64,000 nt of DNA from Parcubacteria group bacterium Gr01-1014_31 (GTDB lineage: Bacteria; Patescibacteriota; Patescibacteriia; Buchananbacterales; GWA2-38-13): positions 92,870-156,869 of the forward strand of contig VMFR01000002.1 of assembly GCA_007376135.1 (NCBI GenBank), given 5' to 3'. Under the pieces are notes generated by a model that did not search any database, was not told the DNA's origin, and saw only the letters and a list, made by a program, of their open reading frames with translations. A program made the position numbers and the translations under genes. Of this stretch, positions 16,732-25,669 are shown in pieces (position 1 is the first letter of the stretch; each line of letters opens with the position of its first letter).

Positions 16732-17148
16732 ATGCGCCGTAATTTCTCTACCTGGGCGTGGACGGCGGCGGGAATCGCAGCGGGCTTGCCCATGCCGGTG
16801 CTGGCGCAGACGCGCAACACTATTATGGGCCGCCTCATCAACACGGCGTCCATGTTTGGCCCGTTCCAAACCATCGACAATGAGCCGGGCGCAGGACTGC
16901 GGCAGGCGGCGCGTATCATCGGCCTTATCATCGGCAGCTTGCTCGCATTCTTGGGCATCGTGTTCATGCTCCTCATGATAACGTCGGGCATCCGTTGGAT
17001 GACGGCGCGCGGCAATGAGACGGAAATTGAAAAAGCCAAAGAAACCATCAAGAGCGCCGCCATCGGGCTGCTGGTGGTCGTGCTCTCCTACGCCTTTGTG
17101 ACCCTCATCAGCCGGATGGTGGTAGACACCGGCCTGCTACGCGGATAG
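16732..17148 (+). CDS. VirB2/TrbC-like pilin family protein; paralog 6
   Basis: 138 aa. ...PVLAQ signal. LLMITSGIRWMTARGNETEIEKAKETIKSAAIGLLVVVLSYAFVTL. Confidence 0.7.
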   Translation: MRRNFSTWAWTAAGIAAGLPMPVLAQTRNTIMGRLINTASMFGPFQTIDNEPGAGLRQAARIIGLIIGSLLAFLGIVFMLLMITSGIRWMTARGNETEIEKAKETIKSAAIGLLVVVLSYAFVTLISRMVVDTGLLRG

Positions 17149-17159
17149 TTTTTCTCCCT

Positions 17160-17543
17160 ATGTCGCATCGCTTTGCTTCGTGGACGAAAGGGCTGGCGGC
17201 CGCTCTGGCGCTCTTGCCCTACCGCGTGCTGGCGCAGGCCCCGCCGCTGTTCGGGCCGGGCAGCCTGGTGAACGAAACCTGCGAAGGCGCCGGGTTCAAC
17301 TGCAGCGAGCGCGACGAGACGTTCTTTGCCGAGGCGCTGGGCTCCGTCGTGTTCGCGCTGCTGTCGTTCACCGGCCTGGTATTCACCGCGCTCATCCTGT
17401 ACGGCGGGTATCACTGGATGCTGGCGCGCGGCAACGAGTCCGAGATCGACAAAGCCAAGTCCATCATCCGTTCGGCCATCATCGGGCTGGTCGTCACCCT
17501 GGCGTCCTACTCGGTGTGGATCGCCATCTCCTACTTTATCTAA
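17160..17543 (+). CDS. VirB2/TrbC-like pilin family protein; paralog 7
   Basis: 127 aa. ...RVLAQ signal. Mature N-terminus has CEGAGFNC. ALILYGGYHWMLARGNESEIDKAKSIIRSAIIGLVVTLASY. Confidence 0.7.
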   Translation: MSHRFASWTKGLAAALALLPYRVLAQAPPLFGPGSLVNETCEGAGFNCSERDETFFAEALGSVVFALLSFTGLVFTALILYGGYHWMLARGNESEIDKAKSIIRSAIIGLVVTLASYSVWIAISYFI

Positions 17544-17548
17544 CCACG

Positions 17549-17986
17549 ATGCGCCGCTTGACCTCCCGCGTGCTTCAAATCTTGGCCCCGCTGGTCGTAT
17601 TGTTCGCCACGGCGGCGCAGGCGCAAACCGGGCGCTTGCTGGGTGGCGGCCTGAGCGACCGGATGCGCGGCATCGCGGGGGTGTTTGCCCGCAACGTCGG
17701 GCTGCAGGAAACGCCGCTGTCGTTCGTCGTCGCGCGGGTCATCTTCATGTTCCTGGCCATCCTCGGCATCATTTTCGTCGGCCTCATCACCTACGCGGGC
17801 TACCACTGGCTGACCGCGCGCGGCAACGAGGAAAAGGTGCGCAAAGCCCAGGATACCCTGCGGCAGGCGACCTGGGGGCTCATCATTGTGCTGGCCGCCT
17901 ACTCCATTTCGTACTTCATCCTGGCGTACCTGCTGGGCGAATTCGGCACCGCCCCGCCGCCCCCGCTGACTGGCGGCGCAACATAA
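17549..17986 (+). CDS. VirB2/TrbC-like pilin family protein; paralog 8
   Basis: 145 aa from MRRLTSRVLQ... with ...AAQAQ signal. GLITYAGYHWLTARGNEEKVRKAQDTLRQATWGLIIVLAAYSISY. Pro-rich C-tail. The long track ORF 17180..17986 is an out-of-frame overlap of paralog 7; the real start is ATG 17549. Confidence 0.65.
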   Translation: MRRLTSRVLQILAPLVVLFATAAQAQTGRLLGGGLSDRMRGIAGVFARNVGLQETPLSFVVARVIFMFLAILGIIFVGLITYAGYHWLTARGNEEKVRKAQDTLRQATWGLIIVLAAYSISYFILAYLLGEFGTAPPPPLTGGAT

Positions 17987-18007
17987 TACAACCCGGCAAA
18001 AAGAAGA

Positions 18008-18040
18008 ACGGCGCAAAAGCATTGCCTTTGCGCCGTTTTC
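18008..18040. terminator. bidirectional terminator between the pilin operon and the convergent lipoprotein gene
   Basis: GGCGCAAAAGCATTGCCTTTGCGCC hairpin with T-run on the plus strand and A-run (T-run on the minus strand). Confidence 0.5.
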
Positions 18041-18066
18041 GAATCGAAGAACGATCCGCTTGCCCA

Positions 18067-18648
18067 CTACTTGGGCTTTACGCACGCCGCCCACTTCACG
18101 GTGCGCACCACGGTGGTTTCGTTGACCGTCTCGAAAACCACGTTCCCGCTGGCAGTCTCGATGAACCGGAAAAGATATTTATACCCCTCCGGTAACGAAC
18201 AGGCGACCGTGGTCGGCTCCACCTTGGGATTCGGCGCAGGAGCGAGGTTGACCACTTCCACGGTTGGACCGTTCAAGTTGATCCGACCTCGGTGATCGAC
18301 CTGGAAAACCTGGCAGACCAGGGCAAGACCGGTGAAATTACTGATGCCCCCATCCACCAAAATCATGGTGGGCTCCTCAGGCTTGGTGGCCTTGATCTGC
18401 TCGAGCTTGCGCTCGGCCAAATCGACGTCGCCCTCCTTGGCGTTGATGACCGCAGTTCGCGCGGCCGTCAGTTGGGAATTGTACTCCATCAACTCCGCCG
18501 CACGCATCGCCGTGATCGGGTCCGTTTCGCCAAACCACGCGTGAACCACGATCTTGGGATCGCGCTTGTCCTCCAACAACACATCGGAGGAACGGCAGCC
18601 GAACGCAGCGGCGAGCGGGAGGACAACCAACATCATCCGGTACGACAT
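18067..18648 (-). CDS. hypothetical lipoprotein
   Basis: 193 aa from MSYRMMLVVLPLAAAFGC (lipobox-like AFGC). No family recognised. The longer ORF to 18783 lacks a signal-peptide context. ATG complement at 18646-18648. Confidence 0.45.
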   Translation of the reverse strand: MSYRMMLVVLPLAAAFGCRSSDVLLEDKRDPKIVVHAWFGETDPITAMRAAELMEYNSQLTAARTAVINAKEGDVDLAERKLEQIKATKPEEPTMILVDGGISNFTGLALVCQVFQVDHRGRINLNGPTVEVVNLAPAPNPKVEPTTVACSLPEGYKYLFRFIETASGNVVFETVNETTVVRTVKWAACVKPK

Positions 18649-18915
18649 GTAAAGACTCCTGCCAGAAACTGGCGTTGTGGGACGCATTGTCCAAGGTTCA
18701 ACCGTATTAAGCCCCGGTGAAGGCTCCACAGCAGTGGAGAAAAGCCAAACATTGGCTTTTGACTTAAGATGTAATGATACCACAAATTGAAACTATTGTC
18801 AATATAATTAGCAATATTTGGCTTATTTTAGATGATTATAATCAATACTATATTACGCCCGCCAATGCTAATTCCCCTTGTTTCAGCCAACCCGGGAATC
18901 CTGTATAATGAACGT

Positions 18916-19025
18916 GGTATGCCCGGTAGTACAATGGATATACTGGGCAGAAGAGCGGTGCGGCAGTAATTAATTACGCTGGAACGCGAACACCAGTAAA
19001 CAACCATTGTCCTGCCGGGTATGCC
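18916..19025 (+). promoter_or_regulatory. conserved inverted-repeat 5' leader element (copy C); 3' arm contains the start codon of pilin paralog 9
   Basis: 5' arm GGTATGCCCGGTAGTACAATGG (18916-18937) and 3' arm CCATTGTCCTGCCGGGTATGCC (19004-19025) form a 22-bp stem (with G-U pairs) around an AT-rich core. An extended -10 TGTATAAT (18902-18909) is 6 nt upstream. The same architecture occurs at 55591-55691 and 60110-60224. Confidence 0.5.
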
Positions 19026-19431
19026 CATCGCAGAGCGCGTCGCCGTCAAACTCGCCCAGCTCTCCCCCGATATTCGGGAGTCGCAAGGGCCGCTGTGGCG
19101 CGCGATAAAGAACCAGTACACCCCGTTCAACCTGTTCTTCGGCCCGCCCTCCGACCCGCGCGTCGTGGCGGCGCTGGTCATCAAGGGGTTCATGTCGCTG
19201 CTGGGCATCTTGTTTTTGCTCTACGTGGTGTACGCGGGGTTCATGTGGATGACGGCCAACGGCGACGAGGAAAGGATCCGCAAGGCGAAATCCACCATCA
19301 CCACCGGCGCATTCGGGGTGCTGGTCATCCTGGCGGCGTACTCCATCGCCCAGTTCATCACCACGGCGTTCGGCTGCGCGACCGCCACCTACGGCGAGTG
19401 GTGCCTTTTCTTCAACAACCTGACGTGGTAG
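19021..19431 (+). CDS. divergent VirB2/TrbC-like pilin family protein without N-terminal signal peptide; paralog 9
   Basis: 136 aa. The conserved hairpin LLYVVYAGFMWMTANGDEERIRKAKSTITTGAFGVLVILAAYSIA is present, but the N-terminus MPIAERVAVKLAQLSPDIRES is not a signal peptide. C-terminal CATATYGEWC. Confidence 0.55.
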   Translation: MPIAERVAVKLAQLSPDIRESQGPLWRAIKNQYTPFNLFFGPPSDPRVVAALVIKGFMSLLGILFLLYVVYAGFMWMTANGDEERIRKAKSTITTGAFGVLVILAAYSIAQFITTAFGCATATYGEWCLFFNNLTW

Positions 19432-19446
19432 CGCTGCCCCGCATTG

Positions 19447-19477
19447 CGCCCCCGGAACGCTCCGGGGGTATTTTTTT
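19447..19477 (+). terminator. rho-independent terminator after pilin paralog 9
   Basis: CCCCCGGAACGCTCCGGGGG hairpin followed by TATTTTTTTG. Confidence 0.6.
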
Positions 19478-19511
19478 GTCTTCATCCACGGTAAGCTGAA
19501 CCCGCATCCTT

Positions 19512-21479
19512 ATGGCGACTCCCCCGCTGCTGCGAAACTGCCGCGACTCCCATGCCGGGCTCCTGCTCGCCGCTGCCGCCGCGCTCTGGCTGGCCGTGGT
19601 TTTTGTCGCCGCGCAGTGGAAGTACGCCAACCTCCGCTACACCGCGATGGACTTGGGCATCTTCACACAGGTCGTTGCCCGCAGCGCGGACGGCGATTGG
19701 TTTGGCAGCACCATCCACCCGCCGACGTACCTGGGCGACCACTTCAGCCCGGCGCTAGCCGTGCTCACGCTCCCCTACCGCCTGGTACCGTCGCCGCTGA
19801 CCTTGGTGTTCGCGCTGCAGCTTTCTTTGGCGTTGGGCGCCTGGCCGCTCTATCGTTTGGCGCGCACCGCCCTGCCGCCGCTGGGCGCGCTCGCCGTTGG
19901 CCTCGCCTACCTGCTTTCCCCGTTCACCCAGAACCTGGCGCTGTTTGAATTCCACTTCATCGCGTTCTCCGTGCCGGTCCTGCTCGCGGCGGCCAACACT
20001 TTTGCCAGAAAAAAACTGCCGGCGTTCTCCGGCTGGTGTTTGGCGGCCCTCCTCATCCGCGAGGACGTCGCGCTGGTGGTGCTCGGGTTCGCGGTGCTGG
20101 CGTTGCTCCAACGGCGGCCTTGGCGCTGGGTGCTCGTGCCCGGCGTGGCCGCCGCCGCCTGGCTGCCCGCGGCGCTAGTTATTATCCGCGCGGCCGGAGT
20201 AAGCGGCAGCTATAAATTTTTTGCCTACTACGCGTGGCTGGGCGACACGCCGGCAGCCATGCTGCAAACCATCTTCCTGCGGCCCTGGCGCTGGCTTGCC
20301 ATGCTGCTGCGGCCGCCAAACGTCATCACCGCGGCGGGACTGCTGTTGCCATTCGCGTTCCTGCCGCTGTTTTCCCCTGCCGCATTGGCGCTGGCCGCGC
20401 TTCCGGCGCTCCAAATGTTCCTGGGCGCGCCCGGCGGCGGCGACCTGGTGCTGCGCACCCAGTACAGCGCGCTGTTTTTGCCCGGGCTGTGGCTGGCGGC
20501 AATTTTGGCGATTCCCCGGCTGCCCCGCAGCAAACTGGCGGCGATCGTTGGTCGCCAGGGCGGACTGGCGATCGCGGTGGTAACGGCCGCCGTGGTCTAC
20601 GGCGGGCTGACGCTGGGGCCGCTGCCCGGCACCCTGCGGCTGATGGTCCGCCAAGGCTGGCAGCATGAGTCGGCACTGGCGCGACGCGCGCTGGCAGCCG
20701 CAATGCCCCAGACCGGCGGGGTTGCCGCCGCCTACCCTTTGTTGCCGCAGGTCGCCGGCCGCACCGCAACCGTCGCCAGTTTGAACTACGCGTTCATCGG
20801 CCGCCAGCAGCTCTCCACGCTCTCCTACGCGCTGCCCGCCGACATCGACTTCGTGCTGTTGGACGTGGAAGAATTCCTCACCTACCACCTGCAATACCGG
20901 ACGCACGTGCTATACCACGGCGACTATCCGACGGCCGCGGCCAACCTTCGCGCCGCGCTCGCAACCGGCAATTTCGGCATCACCCAGATAGCCGGTTCCA
21001 CCGTGCTGCTGGAACGGAACGCCTCCAGCACCCTGACGCTGGCAACCGTCCTGCCGGGAACCCCGGCGGACGTGCACGGAACTCCGCAGGAACTCGATGG
21101 CGGCGTGCGGTTCTTGGGCTACCGCGCAGGCCCGCCGGCGCCCGGGCCGATGCCGCCCGAACGCCAGCTGCCGCTGGTCCTGTACTGGTCCGTGAACAGC
21201 GTCCAGCCAACACCGCTCTACTGGCAGATGCTGGCAGACGGCAAACCCTGGGGCGCACTGCAGCCCCTCGGGAACGGCGTGCTGCCGGTCACGGACTGGC
21301 CCCAGTCCGCGGTCGTGGAAACCAGCACCTGGCTATGGCGGCCGACCGCTTCGACGCTGGCGCTGCAGGTGGTCGCCGTGAATTCCGGCGGGCTGTTCCT
21401 CGCCCTTGACCTTGCCTCCGAACTGCGGGTCACCAAAATGACGCCCGTGGGCGAACCGATACCTTTGGATGACCTGTGA
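19512..21479 (+). CDS. DUF2079-like polytopic membrane protein (often glycosyltransferase-associated)
   Basis: 655 aa. Multi-TM N-terminal half with DLGIFTQ...GDHFSPALAVLTLPY, recalled as the DUF2079 signature. Large C-terminal extracytoplasmic domain. Confidence 0.45.
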   Translation: MATPPLLRNCRDSHAGLLLAAAAALWLAVVFVAAQWKYANLRYTAMDLGIFTQVVARSADGDWFGSTIHPPTYLGDHFSPALAVLTLPYRLVPSPLTLVFALQLSLALGAWPLYRLARTALPPLGALAVGLAYLLSPFTQNLALFEFHFIAFSVPVLLAAANTFARKKLPAFSGWCLAALLIREDVALVVLGFAVLALLQRRPWRWVLVPGVAAAAWLPAALVIIRAAGVSGSYKFFAYYAWLGDTPAAMLQTIFLRPWRWLAMLLRPPNVITAAGLLLPFAFLPLFSPAALALAALPALQMFLGAPGGGDLVLRTQYSALFLPGLWLAAILAIPRLPRSKLAAIVGRQGGLAIAVVTAAVVYGGLTLGPLPGTLRLMVRQGWQHESALARRALAAAMPQTGGVAAAYPLLPQVAGRTATVASLNYAFIGRQQLSTLSYALPADIDFVLLDVEEFLTYHLQYRTHVLYHGDYPTAAANLRAALATGNFGITQIAGSTVLLERNASSTLTLATVLPGTPADVHGTPQELDGGVRFLGYRAGPPAPGPMPPERQLPLVLYWSVNSVQPTPLYWQMLADGKPWGALQPLGNGVLPVTDWPQSAVVETSTWLWRPTASTLALQVVAVNSGGLFLALDLASELRVTKMTPVGEPIPLDDL

Positions 21480-21496
21480 GCACGGCGGTGACGCAA

Positions 21497-21526
21497 TAAA
21501 AAAACCGGCGCCAGCCGGTTTTTTTC
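21497..21526. terminator. bidirectional terminator between convergent DUF2079 gene and glycosyltransferase operon
   Basis: A8-CCGGCGCCAGCCGG-T7. Confidence 0.55.
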
Positions 21527-21536
21527 GTGTCGGAGT

Positions 21537-23153
21537 TCACTCGGCGACCCGGAACATCGTTCCGGCGGAATTTGCGAACACGGGGATCAACCCGGGAACG
21601 GTATCGGGCGGAACGGCCGCGGCGGCGCGGTCCAGAAATCCGTACCAGACGTACCGTGCGCCCGTACGCTTGAGCAGCGCGGCCCGAAAGGCTGGGTCGG
21701 AGGAAGTGTAGAATTGCTCCACCACCGGACGCTTGGCCGCGCTGTTGATGGTCTCGTCGCCGTGGCCATAGTACTGGGTCCTCGCGGTGTACGCTCCCAG
21801 CCACATCCCGCTGTCGTGGGCAGCCAAGATAATCTCCCCCGGTCGGATGTGTCCGTGCACCCAGTCGGCGGCGGCAAAAAAATCATCCGGGAAATAGTAG
21901 GAGGCGGGAAACTTCCGGTAGTACTGCAGGTCGCGGGCGGCAATGCCCAGCGGCGAACCCAGCAGCACGGCGGCGGCCAGAACTGCGGCGACGCTCACGC
22001 CCAGCCACCCGCCGCGCCGCATGACCCAGCGGAATACGGTAACGGCGGCCGGAGCGGCAATGATACTCAACGGGAACAACAGCCCCTGCAGGTAGCGCGC
22101 CTGGAATTGGCTGGGTAAGAGGGCCAGTACCGTGGCGGCGGCGAGCCACGCGCCGGCCCACCAGCGATGCGTGGTGGTCCGCGAAAAATACGTTCGCGCG
22201 CCGAACACGGCCAGCACCGCCACTGCGCCGAGCCCTACCAGGACATAGGGCAACGGCGGCAAGCGCGAAATGTTCTGCAGCGCCCGCGCGGCCGATACCG
22301 GGTCAACGGCCAGCAGCCACGCGTGATATACAAGCGAGCCGGCGACCGCCAGGAACAACGGCAGCAAATAGGGTGTTGCGGCCAGCGGCGCGCGACGCTC
22401 GTTGCGCCAGCGCAGCAGCAGCCAGCCGACGGGGACTGCCAACAGCGTCGGCCAATGGTAGGGATGAAAATTCAACAGCACCGCCGCGGCAATACCCGCG
22501 CTCCAGCCGGCGCGCCACGACCACTGCTCCGCGGCGCGAGCGGCAAGCAGCAGGGTACCGACCAAAAGCGCCCACGAAGCCACCAGGTGCGGCGACGATC
22601 CTAAACTGAGTATGGGCGAACTCCACGGCAGCCACAGGTCCAGGGGCCAGCGGTAACCCGCCCCGCGCTCAAGGTACTCGGCAGTGGGCAGGAACGGCGT
22701 GGCCCAGATGCCCACACCGCCCGATAGCGTGAGTGCGAACGCGGCCACGCGTTCCCACCGGTCGGTGAGGAACCACGCGATGCCGCGATACAGCACCGCC
22801 AGCAGCACCACACCCAGCAGCACGCGGCTGGCGTGGAAAGTCGCCGCAGGCGTGAGGCGAAACAACCGCCCCGCGGCGCCCAGCGCCAGCCACAGCACGT
22901 TCAATGTGCCGACCGGCTGAGGCTCGGCGGTAAAAATGTCGCGCAGCGTCAAGTTGCCATCCTCTATTTGGCGCAGGTAGCTGTAATAAACCGGCGGGTC
23001 GGCGGGCATGAGCGTCCGTACCCCGATGAAACGCGTGCCCGCAGGTGTTTGCAAAAATCCGTAGAGCAGCGACCCGTTGGCAACGATCAGCGCCAGCGCG
23101 CCGATGGCTACGGCGGCCCAAGCAAAACGATGCGGGGTGGCAACAGCAGACAT
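21537..23153 (-). CDS. polytopic membrane protein, putative GT-C-type glycosyltransferase (paralog of 23161..24801)
   Basis: 538 aa with at least 10 predicted TM helices. First loop YYSYLRQIEDGNLTLRDIFT parallels YVYWSYLWQARDGNLALTDLYT in the adjacent gene. Last gene of a nine-gene glycosylation operon. Confidence 0.4.
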   Translation of the reverse strand: MSAVATPHRFAWAAVAIGALALIVANGSLLYGFLQTPAGTRFIGVRTLMPADPPVYYSYLRQIEDGNLTLRDIFTAEPQPVGTLNVLWLALGAAGRLFRLTPAATFHASRVLLGVVLLAVLYRGIAWFLTDRWERVAAFALTLSGGVGIWATPFLPTAEYLERGAGYRWPLDLWLPWSSPILSLGSSPHLVASWALLVGTLLLAARAAEQWSWRAGWSAGIAAAVLLNFHPYHWPTLLAVPVGWLLLRWRNERRAPLAATPYLLPLFLAVAGSLVYHAWLLAVDPVSAARALQNISRLPPLPYVLVGLGAVAVLAVFGARTYFSRTTTHRWWAGAWLAAATVLALLPSQFQARYLQGLLFPLSIIAAPAAVTVFRWVMRRGGWLGVSVAAVLAAAVLLGSPLGIAARDLQYYRKFPASYYFPDDFFAAADWVHGHIRPGEIILAAHDSGMWLGAYTARTQYYGHGDETINSAAKRPVVEQFYTSSDPAFRAALLKRTGARYVWYGFLDRAAAAVPPDTVPGLIPVFANSAGTMFRVAE

Positions 23154-23160
23154 AGAAATA

Positions 23161-24801
23161 CTATTGCTGCGCCACGCGGTAAAGACGCACCGAGCCGTTA
23201 TCGTACACGCGGGTCAACTGCGGCAGCGCCTCCAGACCGGACCAATCATTGCCGACCTCGCGCGGGCCGGCGAACACGTGCGTCACTCCGTACCGGCGCA
23301 GCCAGGAGAGCTGCTGTTCCGGATTACGTGCCTGGAAAAACCACAGAAGAGCGACGCGCTTGGCCTCATCATCCAGCGTTTCAATGCCGTGGCCCGCAAC
23401 GACGCGTCGGCCGATGCGTCCTGGGATCAGATAACTCGTCAACGGGTGGGCGGCAATGACCGACGTTGCGCCCGTCATCGGGCGCAACGCAGTGATCGCT
23501 GCCAACTGGTCGCGTGGCCAGAACATCAGCTCGTGGCGTTCCCACATTAACCCGAGCTCGTTGGCAAGATTCGTCATAGGGGTGAAGCCAAAGAGCAGCA
23601 CGAACGCGACGGCGGGCAGCATCGGCAATATCCGGAGGGCTGCGGGGACGCCCGGCCACCGCTTGCTCATCCACGCCCAGACCGGAGGAAAACCGTAGAC
23701 CGACAGCAGCACCAGTGGCAACTGCAAACCGGTCAGGAGCCGGCGCTGAAAATCAAGGTTTGGAAAAAATACCAAGGTCAGCTGGGCAAAGAGCCAGATA
23801 CCGCACAACAACCACGGCAGTTGGCGCCACTCGCCAGTCCGACGGAGCCGCCAAAGCCCGGCTGCCGCACCGGGTACGAGCCAGCCGTAACCGATAATCA
23901 TCAAATACCAGGCTGGCGTGTACGCGACGTTCTGCGCCGCTCGGCCAGCAGTGACCGGGTCTACTCGCAACGCGTACGTATAGTAGGCGAGCACCGGCGC
24001 GGCCGCCATACCGACCAACACCACCTGCCGCACCACATCACCGCGCCAGCGACGGCTGACCAGCGAGACGGCTACGGCCCACGCTGACAATATCACGGCC
24101 ACGGTCGGCACGTGGAACGGGTGGAAACTGAACAGCCCCAACGCCGAGGCGGCGGCGACCGCTACCCAGCGCCAACGGGAATCCCGCGCGCCAACCAGCG
24201 TGGCCGAAAAAATAACTGCCATGAGCGTTACCGCGGCCAGCATGTGACCGGAATGCATCGCCGACAGAAAGACGTTGGATTCCGCGACCCACAGGTCCGG
24301 AGGCCAATGGTAGTACCCCCACTGATAAGGACCGGGGTGCAAGAACGGCAACAGGTAACCCGACCAGCCGCCGGCGAATACCGCCAGCAGCAGTGTCCAG
24401 CGCCGCTGGTCCGGCGTCAACGGGAATTGCCGGATCAACCACCACAGCGCTGCCAGCGTGAGTGGGATCATCGCGAGCCGCACGAGGTGGAACGTCAGGG
24501 AAACGGGTAATTGCAGCGAGGCTCCCAGCAGACCGGCGCCGCTCCAGAATGTATTGAGCATGGGGACCGCGGCGAGTTCCGTCGTATAGAGGTCCGTCAA
24601 CGCAAGATTGCCATCGCGCGCTTGCCACAGATACGACCAGTACACGTAGGTATCCCCGGAGGCGAACCCATGCAACCCAAGGTAACCAAGTTGGGGCGTT
24701 GCGCGCAGCCAGCCCAGCACGTACGGCAGGCTGGAAAGTACTGCCAGCGTAACGGCGACGCCAAGCAGGAAACGGCGATCAGACCATCTCTCCGAGAGCA
24801 T
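23161..24801 (-). CDS. polytopic membrane protein, putative GT-C-type glycosyltransferase (paralog of 21537..23153)
   Basis: 546 aa from MLSERWSDRRFLLGV (ATG complement 24799-24801). The longer ORF to 24951 would overlap the GT2 gene by 80 nt. Multi-TM with C-terminal soluble domain. Confidence 0.4.
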   Translation of the reverse strand: MLSERWSDRRFLLGVAVTLAVLSSLPYVLGWLRATPQLGYLGLHGFASGDTYVYWSYLWQARDGNLALTDLYTTELAAVPMLNTFWSGAGLLGASLQLPVSLTFHLVRLAMIPLTLAALWWLIRQFPLTPDQRRWTLLLAVFAGGWSGYLLPFLHPGPYQWGYYHWPPDLWVAESNVFLSAMHSGHMLAAVTLMAVIFSATLVGARDSRWRWVAVAAASALGLFSFHPFHVPTVAVILSAWAVAVSLVSRRWRGDVVRQVVLVGMAAAPVLAYYTYALRVDPVTAGRAAQNVAYTPAWYLMIIGYGWLVPGAAAGLWRLRRTGEWRQLPWLLCGIWLFAQLTLVFFPNLDFQRRLLTGLQLPLVLLSVYGFPPVWAWMSKRWPGVPAALRILPMLPAVAFVLLFGFTPMTNLANELGLMWERHELMFWPRDQLAAITALRPMTGATSVIAAHPLTSYLIPGRIGRRVVAGHGIETLDDEAKRVALLWFFQARNPEQQLSWLRRYGVTHVFAGPREVGNDWSGLEALPQLTRVYDNGSVRLYRVAQQ

Positions 24802-24871
24802 AGAAAATGGTGGGGTGTAAAACGTAAAGCGTGAAACCTGCAACGCAAATACACCGTACGCGTTCCACGTT

Positions 24872-25669
24872 TCAGGTTCCAGGTTCCACGCTCTGGGGCC
24901 GCTCCGACCGCAAGTGCCACACTTTCCAAAACGCCTCCACCATGATGGCAAGGTTGAACTTGGATTTGCCGTGTCGGCGCTCGGTGAAGGTGATGGGTAC
25001 CTCCGTCACGCGGTAACCGTGCCAGACCGCGCGGGCGGTCGTCTCGATCTGAAAATTATATCCCACGGAACTCAAATGGCCGTGAGTGATTGCCTCCAGC
25101 GCCTGGCGCCGGTAGGCCTTGAACCCGCCGGTCAGGTCGCGAATTCTCAGCCCCAGGACCGTTCGGGCATACCAATTGCCGAACCGACTGATGCTGCGGC
25201 GTAAAAACCCCCAGTTGACGATGCTGCCGCCGCGCACGTAGCGCGAGCCCAGCGCGACGTCGGCTCCCTGCTGCAGCGCGGAGATCAGCACGGGAATGAC
25301 CGCCGGGTCGTGGGAAAAATCCGCATCCATCTGCACGACCACGGATACATGCTGCAGGAGCGCCCAGCGGAAACCGTCCACGTACGCGGTCCCTAATCCC
25401 CCCTTGCCGGCACGATGCAGCACGTGGAGTTCGGACTGCCGCGCGGCAAGCTCATCGGCGAGCCTGCCGGTGCCATCCGGCGAATGATCGTCCACGACCA
25501 ATACCCGAAGGTTGGAAATTCCCAGCCCAAAAATCTGGCGCAGGAGCGGCTCCAGATTGCCGCGCTCGTTGTAGGTCGGGATGACCACGCACACGAGCGG
25601 GTGGACAGACGGACTATGAGCGATGTCTCTCTCGCGGGGTCCTCCAACGGAAATAAAATTAGTAGGCAT
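24872..25669 (-). CDS. polyprenol-phosphate (dolichol-phosphate-type) mannosyltransferase, GT2 family (Dpm1/Ppm1-like)
   Basis: 265 aa. CVVIPTYNERGNL, VLVVDDHSPDGT and DADFSHDP motifs of GT2 polyprenol-phosphate sugar synthases. Confidence 0.8.
   Translation of the reverse strand: MPTNFISVGGPRERDIAHSPSVHPLVCVVIPTYNERGNLEPLLRQIFGLGISNLRVLVVDDHSPDGTGRLADELAARQSELHVLHRAGKGGLGTAYVDGFRWALLQHVSVVVQMDADFSHDPAVIPVLISALQQGADVALGSRYVRGGSIVNWGFLRRSISRFGNWYARTVLGLRIRDLTGGFKAYRRQALEAITHGHLSSVGYNFQIETTARAVWHGYRVTEVPITFTERRHGKSKFNLAIMVEAFWKVWHLRSERPQSVEPGT

Noticed and set aside
17180-17548. N-terminal 123-codon extension of the ORF containing pilin paralog 8
   Set aside because: Runs out of frame across pilin paralog 7. 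The pilin-like signal peptide begins at ATG 17549, right after paralog 7's stop.
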